Under the pieces are notes generated by a model. It was not told the DNA's origin. It searched no databases and was given only the letters and a program-made list of their open reading frames with translations. From an uncultured Pelagibacteraceae bacterium (GTDB taxonomy: Bacteria > Pseudomonadota > Alphaproteobacteria > Pelagibacterales > Pelagibacteraceae), in the NCBI GenBank assembly GCA_902595725.1, contig CACJRJ010000002.1:2501-66500 (forward strand): DNA of 64,000 nucleotides, given 5' to 3'. Positions 58,821 through 64,000 of the stretch are shown here, piece by piece. The stretch's first letter is position 1; each line of letters starts with the position of its first letter. A program made the position numbers and the translations under genes.

Positions 58821-59823
58821 TATTTAGATAGAGTAGATAAACTGAAGAGCTGACCAAAAAGATAGAAGTTAATTGGTGCATAGAAGCAAAAAATATCTGT
58901 GCACCATACAACAGTGTAAAAACACCTAATAAGATTTGGATAAATAAAAGAACACCAACAATATTTATTGCTAAATATAAATTTTTTAGTTTACATCTAT
59001 AAATTTTAACTAAAATAAAAAGAAAAAATATAAATATTATATATGCTAAATTTCTATGCATAAATTGTACTAGAGATGGATCGCTAAAAGCAGAAAATTT
59101 AAAAATATTAACAAAATTATTATCATCTGGAAAATATGAAGATCCCATTAACGGCCAAGAATTATAAATTTGTCCTGCATCCATGCCAGATACAAAAGCA
59201 CCAATAATAATTTGGCAAAAAATTAAAAATAAAAAAAATAATGGAAAATAATATCTTAATTTAACGTTTGTATTATTTTTAATTTTTAAATTTAAATAGT
59301 TCCATAATATTAATGATAATATTATAAAAGCTAATATTAAGTGAACTGATAATCGGAAATGGCTTACATCAACTCTATCTACTAAACCACTTGAAACCAT
59401 GTACCAACCTATGAATCCTTGAAAACAAATTAGAAAAAAAATTACATACAAATTTAATAAATTTTTCAAACCTTCTTTAAAAGTAAAAAATAATAATGGC
59501 AGTAAAAATAAGATACCAATAAGTCTTCCTAAAAATCTATGAGCCCACTCCCACCAAAAAATTACTTTAAATTCATTTAATGTCATTGAATAATTTTGCT
59601 CAGTAAACTCTGGAATTTTTTTGTATAAATCAAAATAATTATTCCATTCATTATTATTTAATGGTGGCAAGATACCAGAAAAAAGTTGCCATTGAGTTAT
59701 AGATAAACCAGAATCAGTCAATCTGGTCAAACCTCCTACCACTATCATAAGTGAAATAATCCAGAACATAAGAGCTAACCAAAAAGAAATATAATTTTTT
59801 GTAATGGTATTTTCTATGTACAT
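58798..59823 (-). CDS. ctaA: Heme A synthase (COX15/CtaA)
   Basis: VGGLTRLTDSGLSITQW, WEWAHR, GWYMVSSGL, QFMHR. Confidence 0.95.
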   Translation of the reverse strand: MYIENTITKNYISFWLALMFWIISLMIVVGGLTRLTDSGLSITQWQLFSGILPPLNNNEWNNYFDLYKKIPEFTEQNYSMTLNEFKVIFWWEWAHRFLGRLIGILFLLPLLFFTFKEGLKNLLNLYVIFFLICFQGFIGWYMVSSGLVDRVDVSHFRLSVHLILAFIILSLILWNYLNLKIKNNTNVKLRYYFPLFFLFLIFCQIIIGAFVSGMDAGQIYNSWPLMGSSYFPDDNNFVNIFKFSAFSDPSLVQFMHRNLAYIIFIFFLFILVKIYRCKLKNLYLAINIVGVLLFIQILLGVFTLLYGAQIFFASMHQLTSIFLVSSSVYLLYLNTNQRLSG

Positions 59824-59866
59824 ATTTAAATAAATATAATAATTATAGATTAATCCAACTGATTAA

Positions 59867-60157
59867 ATGTCGCCAATTAATAAAAAAAAATTAAATAAAT
59901 TAAGACAAAGTTTAGATAAACTAGATAATTCATTTATTAGATTAATTAAAAAAAGAACTAAATTGGTTAAAGAAGTTTTGAAACTTAAGCAATATAAAAA
60001 AGAGATTGTAGATAAAAAAAGAATTAAAATTATACTCAGTCAAATAAAGAAAAAATCCTTAAAAAATAATATAGATCCAAAAATAACAAAACGTATTTGG
60101 AAAAATATGATCATGTCTTATATAGATTACGAAAGAAGAAATTTTAAAAAAAAATAA
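59867..60157 (+). CDS. Chorismate mutase, AroQ type
   Basis: LRQSLDKLD..LIKKR, K..IVDKKRI. Confidence 0.85.
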   Translation: MSPINKKKLNKLRQSLDKLDNSFIRLIKKRTKLVKEVLKLKQYKKEIVDKKRIKIILSQIKKKSLKNNIDPKITKRIWKNMIMSYIDYERRNFKKK

Positions 60158-60349
60158 TTATTTACTATGTGGAGGAAGTTTTTTTTCAACAAAAACTTCA
60201 TGTTTTCTTGTTGAAGGATTATATTTTTTAGCTTTTAATTTAATTTTAGCTTTTTCTCCACCTGCAGGTTTTTTAACATAGTAAAAAAAAGGACTATCTG
60301 GTTTTGCTTCAGGTACAAGTCTAACTTTTACATGTGTTTTTTTAGCCAT
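60158..60349 (-). CDS. rpmG: 50S ribosomal protein L33 (Zn-free type)
   Basis: VKVRLV, FFYYVKK, KKYNPSTRKHEVFVEKK. Confidence 0.92.
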   Translation of the reverse strand: MAKKTHVKVRLVPEAKPDSPFFYYVKKPAGGEKAKIKLKAKKYNPSTRKHEVFVEKKLPPHSK

Positions 60350-60350
60350 A

Positions 60351-60731
60351 CTAACTTAACTTTTTAATTTCTTTAACTAAACTTGATATTTTTTTTAGTT
60401 TAGACTTTAAATTACTTTTTGATGAACTTATAGATGTATTGTCAGTTTCGTCAAGACTAAAAGAACTTTCTTCAACCAAAAATTTTTTAGCTCCATTAAT
60501 TGTTAGACCTTTTTCTTTAAGCAAAAACCTTATTTTTTTTAAAAAAATTATAGTTTCTTTATCATAATATCTTCTTCTTCCAGAAAATATTTTTGGCTTA
60601 ATTTGCTTGAATTCTTTTTCCCAAAATCTAATTGTATGTGTGTTTAATTTTCCAGTTTTATGATTAATTAAATCTAGATCTTTTGCTACTTCACCTATCG
60701 TTTTATATGCATTTTCAAATTTTTTTATCAT
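60351..60731 (-). CDS. MerR family regulator (ihfA-associated)
   Basis: AYKTIGEVA, HTIRFWEKEF.IKP, RRYY, GLTINGAKK. Confidence 0.92.
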   Translation of the reverse strand: MIKKFENAYKTIGEVAKDLDLINHKTGKLNTHTIRFWEKEFKQIKPKIFSGRRRYYDKETIIFLKKIRFLLKEKGLTINGAKKFLVEESSFSLDETDNTSISSSKSNLKSKLKKISSLVKEIKKLS

Positions 60732-61020
60732 ATATATTATTAATTTTTTTTTTTAATTCTTTAGAAGGCTTAAAAAGCACAACATTTCTTGCTGAAATAA
60801 TTTTTTTTTCCTTTGTTTTTGGATTTCTTCCAATTCTACTATTTTTTTTACGTAACTCAAAAGTTCCAAATTTAGCGATTTTGACTTTTTTACTTTTTTT
60901 TAAATTTTGCAATATAATATCAAAAAAATCCTCTAACAACATTTCTGAAATCTTTTTCGAATAACCAATTTGCATAAAAATTGAATTAACAATTTCTTGT
61001 TTTGTTAGATTAATTCTCAT
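60715..61020 (-). CDS. ihfA: Integration host factor alpha
   Basis: VKIAKFGTF, RIGRNPKT, FKPS; plsX-ihfA-merR synteny. Confidence 0.9.
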   Translation of the reverse strand: MRINLTKQEIVNSIFMQIGYSKKISEMLLEDFFDIILQNLKKSKKVKIAKFGTFELRKKNSRIGRNPKTKEKKIISARNVVLFKPSKELKKKINNIYDKKI

Positions 61021-61023
61021 TAA

Positions 61024-62031
61024 TTAATTTATACTATTTTTAATTTTATCAATTAAATTGTTTCTAACAATTTTTTCACATACGGACAATGAATTTGCAA
61101 AACCTATATAATCTGTTCCACCATGGCTTTTAATTACCGGAGAGTTAAGGCCCAGAAGTATCGCTCCATTATATAGTCTTGGATCCAATTTTTTTTTAAA
61201 TTTCTTTAAACTCCCCATTGAAATTAGTGATCCTAATCTTCCAAATATAGAACTTTTTAGAGCACTTTTTAATTCACTTGATATAAAGTTTGCTGTGCCT
61301 TCTGCAGTTTTTAGAGCAACATTTCCAGTAAATCCATCTGCAACAATTACATTTACATTGCCATCCATTATATTGCTTCCTTCAATAAATCCTTTGAATT
61401 CAAAATCTTCATTACCTATTTGATTCAATTTTTGATAAGTTTCTTTTATAATTTCATTACCCTTAACTTCCTCTGATCCTATGTTTAGTAAAGCTACCTT
61501 TGGATTATCTTCAGGAAATAAAGATCTAAATAATGAAGAACCCATTATTGCAAAATCAATTAAATTTTTATCACTACATTCCACATTGGCTCCTAAATCT
61601 AAAACTACACTCATTCCTTTTTTGCTCGGCCATAATCCTGATAAAGCAGGTTTATCTATATTCTCAATCATTCTAATATTTAATTTAGCAATAACCAGCA
61701 ATGCTCCAGTATTGCCAGCAGAAACTACTATATCTGATGAATTATTTTTAACACTATCAATAGCTAACCACATACTAGTTTTTTTTCCTCTTTTAGCGGC
61801 TGTAAAGGCGCTATCTTCTCCTTTAATTATATCTTTTGTATGTATTATTTCGTAATTGTTTTTATTAATAGATTTATCTTTTATCACAGGATTTATTAAA
61901 TCAGCATCTCCAAAAATATTATAAAAAACATTATTTGTTTTTTTATTATGAAGGTCTATTCCATCAATTATTTTTTGTGGTGAATTGTCACCACCCATTG
62001 CATCTACTGCAATTCTTATCATTTTATTCAT
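61024..62031 (-). CDS. plsX: Phosphate acyltransferase PlsX
   Basis: AVDAMGGD, SAGNTGA, DLGAN, DGFTGNVALKTAEG, KSHG. Confidence 0.97.
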   Translation of the reverse strand: MNKMIRIAVDAMGGDNSPQKIIDGIDLHNKKTNNVFYNIFGDADLINPVIKDKSINKNNYEIIHTKDIIKGEDSAFTAAKRGKKTSMWLAIDSVKNNSSDIVVSAGNTGALLVIAKLNIRMIENIDKPALSGLWPSKKGMSVVLDLGANVECSDKNLIDFAIMGSSLFRSLFPEDNPKVALLNIGSEEVKGNEIIKETYQKLNQIGNEDFEFKGFIEGSNIMDGNVNVIVADGFTGNVALKTAEGTANFISSELKSALKSSIFGRLGSLISMGSLKKFKKKLDPRLYNGAILLGLNSPVIKSHGGTDYIGFANSLSVCEKIVRNNLIDKIKNSIN

Positions 62032-62040
62032 TTAAAAAAA

Positions 62041-62220
62041 TTATTCTTTAGGTTCTAAAACTTGTCGACCTTTATAAAAGCCAGATTTTAAATCTAAGTG
62101 ATGAGACAAACGATACTCTCCAGATTTTTTATCTTCAATAATATTTTTAGAGGAGAACTTTATATGCGATCTTCTCTTCCCAGCTCTTGATTTTGTTGTT
62201 TTACGTTTTGGTACTGCCAT
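62041..62220 (-). CDS. rpmF: 50S ribosomal protein L32 (Zn-free type)
   Basis: Not in the ORF track. [59 protein letters not shown]. Confidence 0.96.
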   Translation of the reverse strand: MAVPKRKTTKSRAGKRRSHIKFSSKNIIEDKKSGEYRLSHHLDLKSGFYKGRQVLEPKE

Positions 62221-62222
62221 AT

Positions 62223-62696
62223 CTAAAATTTATGACTTATTACCTCTTTTGTAAAATAATTAAAAGACTTTTTTCTAAGATAAATTGTATATTTATTAAA
62301 ATATTCAATATAAAATGTATTTTCATGGGTTACATCTAAGAAATTTGAAAAAAAAACGATTTTTTCATTAAATTTCAATTTTTCCCAAAGCTCAACTTTA
62401 TCAATAATCTTATATAGTAAATTAACGTATTCTTTCATTTTTTTATTAACCGTAGAATCTCCATAACCAATTTCTCTTATACTTAATTCAATTTGATAAA
62501 ATATATAATCGTATAATTTTTGAAATTCTTCTTTATTAGATTTATTTTTATAAACTTTTAAAAAAAAAGCAAAATGGAATAAAAAAATTATTAAACGATC
62601 AGAAAAACTTTCATTACTTATCTTATTAATATATAATAATTTATTTCTAGTTAATTTAACTAAATTATTGTAAATATTAAGAAAATTTTTATTCAT
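62223..62696 (-). CDS. Ubiquinol-cytochrome c chaperone (Cbp3/UQCC1-like)
   Basis: [17 protein letters not shown]; bamE-divergent synteny. Confidence 0.85.
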   Translation of the reverse strand: MNKNFLNIYNNLVKLTRNKLLYINKISNESFSDRLIIFLFHFAFFLKVYKNKSNKEEFQKLYDYIFYQIELSIREIGYGDSTVNKKMKEYVNLLYKIIDKVELWEKLKFNEKIVFFSNFLDVTHENTFYIEYFNKYTIYLRKKSFNYFTKEVISHKF

Positions 62697-63155
62697 ATGA
62701 GATATATACTAATTTTAATATTTTTATCCACATTAAGTTGTACGAGAGATAAAGTTAGAAATAATCATGGAACTTTATCTTTGGAAAAGAAATATAATAA
62801 AATTGTATTAAATAGAACTAATCGTAATCAAATTTTAGATATATTCGGACCCGCTTCAACAAAGAGTAATTTTGATAACAATATATGGATATATATAGAA
62901 AGAAAAAAAGCTAATCGTTCAGTATTTAAACTTGGAACACAAAAAATTGAAAATAATAATATAGTAATAATAGAAATAGATAAAAGAGGCTTAGTTGTTA
63001 AAAAAGAATTTTTAGATATAAATGATATGAATGAATATAAATTTACTGAAAAAAATACTACAACAAGTTATAATAAAAATTCATATATTTCTGGTGTAAT
63101 TAAAAGTTTAAAACAAAAAATAGACGCTCCAGTAAAAAGAAAGAAAACTAAATAA
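62697..63155 (+). CDS. bamE: Outer membrane protein assembly factor BamE
   Basis: Lipobox TLSC, HG, QILDIFGPAS, WIYI. Confidence 0.85.
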   Translation: MRYILILIFLSTLSCTRDKVRNNHGTLSLEKKYNKIVLNRTNRNQILDIFGPASTKSNFDNNIWIYIERKKANRSVFKLGTQKIENNNIVIIEIDKRGLVVKKEFLDINDMNEYKFTEKNTTTSYNKNSYISGVIKSLKQKIDAPVKRKKTK

Positions 63156-63161
63156 TATTAA

Positions 63162-64000
63162 CTATCCAGCTATTATGGCTAATAATAATAAAGCAACAAT
63201 ATTTGTAATTTTAATCATTGGATTAACAGCTGGTCCTGCTGTATCTTTGTATGGATCACCTACTGTATCTCCAGTTACTGCAGCTTTATGAGCTTCTGAC
63301 CCTTTTCCTCCATAATTACCATCTTCGATGTATTTTTTAGCGTTATCCCAGGCTCCACCGCCTGCTGTCATTGAAACAGCAACAAATAATCCTGTAATAA
63401 TTACACCTAATAACATTGCGCCTACGGAAGATAACGCTGCAACTTGACCGCCAATAGGTAAAATAAATAAATATAAAACAATCGGTGATAATACTGGCAG
63501 TAATGAAGGTATAATCATTTCTTTTATTGCAGCCTTTGTTAGTAAATCAACTAACCTTCCATAGTCGGGTTTTGCTTTTCTTTTCATTATACCTGGAATT
63601 TTTTTAAATTGTCTTCTTACCTCTACAACTACTGCTCCGCCTGCTCTACCTACTGCCTGCATACCCATTGATCCGAATAAGTAAGGAAGCATACCTCCTA
63701 CTAATAAACCAACAACAACAAAAGGATTTGATAAATCAAAAGTTACAACAATTCCTTCTAAATTTGATCCTGCAACTTTTGAAAAATGTTTTATATCTTC
63801 AGTGTAGGCAGCAAACAAAACTAGAGCTCCTAAACCCGCTGATCCAATTGCATAACCTTTTGTAACAGCTTTTGTTGTATTTCCTACTGCATCTAATGCA
63901 TCAGTAGTTTTTCTAACATTTTTAGGTAAATTTGACATTTCTGCAATTCCTCCAGCATTATCTGTTACTGGACCATAAGCATCTAATGCAACTACCATAC
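63162..64000 (-). CDS. hppA: Membrane-bound proton/sodium-translocating pyrophosphatase, partial (5' end outside the window)
   Basis: [48 protein letters not shown]. Confidence 0.97.
   Translation of the reverse strand, partial: MVVALDAYGPVTDNAGGIAEMSNLPKNVRKTTDALDAVGNTTKAVTKGYAIGSAGLGALVLFAAYTEDIKHFSKVAGSNLEGIVVTFDLSNPFVVVGLLVGGMLPYLFGSMGMQAVGRAGGAVVVEVRRQFKKIPGIMKRKAKPDYGRLVDLLTKAAIKEMIIPSLLPVLSPIVLYLFILPIGGQVAALSSVGAMLLGVIITGLFVAVSMTAGGGAWDNAKKYIEDGNYGGKGSEAHKAAVTGDTVGDPYKDTAGPAVNPMIKITNIVALLLLAIIAG

Overview
AT-rich, tightly packed chromosomal segment with the gene content and order of a streamlined marine alphaproteobacterium, most likely SAR11/Pelagibacterales (inferred from composition, synteny and protein sequences). 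It is mostly core genes: znuABC-zur, argS-nagZ-scpAB-tatABC-serS-yajC-secDF, uvrA/ssb-gyrA-coaD-tgt, recG, mltB-rlpA-dac-tmk-holB-metG-tatD, glpX, nhaA, hom, argC, rplM-rpsI, two metY paralogues, ctaA, rpmG, ihfA, plsX, rpmF, bamE, hppA, plus four tRNAs (Lys, Ser, Glu, Pro). The most interesting part is 40.5-43 kb, where gene orientation flips from mostly + to mostly - (convergent, as expected at a replication terminus). There a Cre-like tyrosine recombinase lies 6 bp downstream of a lox/dif-like palindrome (TTCCGATAA-N7-TTATCGGAA). This is a candidate single-recombinase chromosome dimer resolution system. Partial copies of the site flank about 1 kb carrying a GC-rich structured RNA, a minimal MGMT and two tiny membrane proteins. 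Other points: a structured leader on a PiT-like transporter beside arsenate detoxification genes, a TGT lacking its zinc-binding cysteines, a SPOR-less mini protein in the ftsN position, a metY/hydrolase/metY cluster with a SAM-II/V-like leader, and a frameshifted tatC. No database searches or folding calculations were run.
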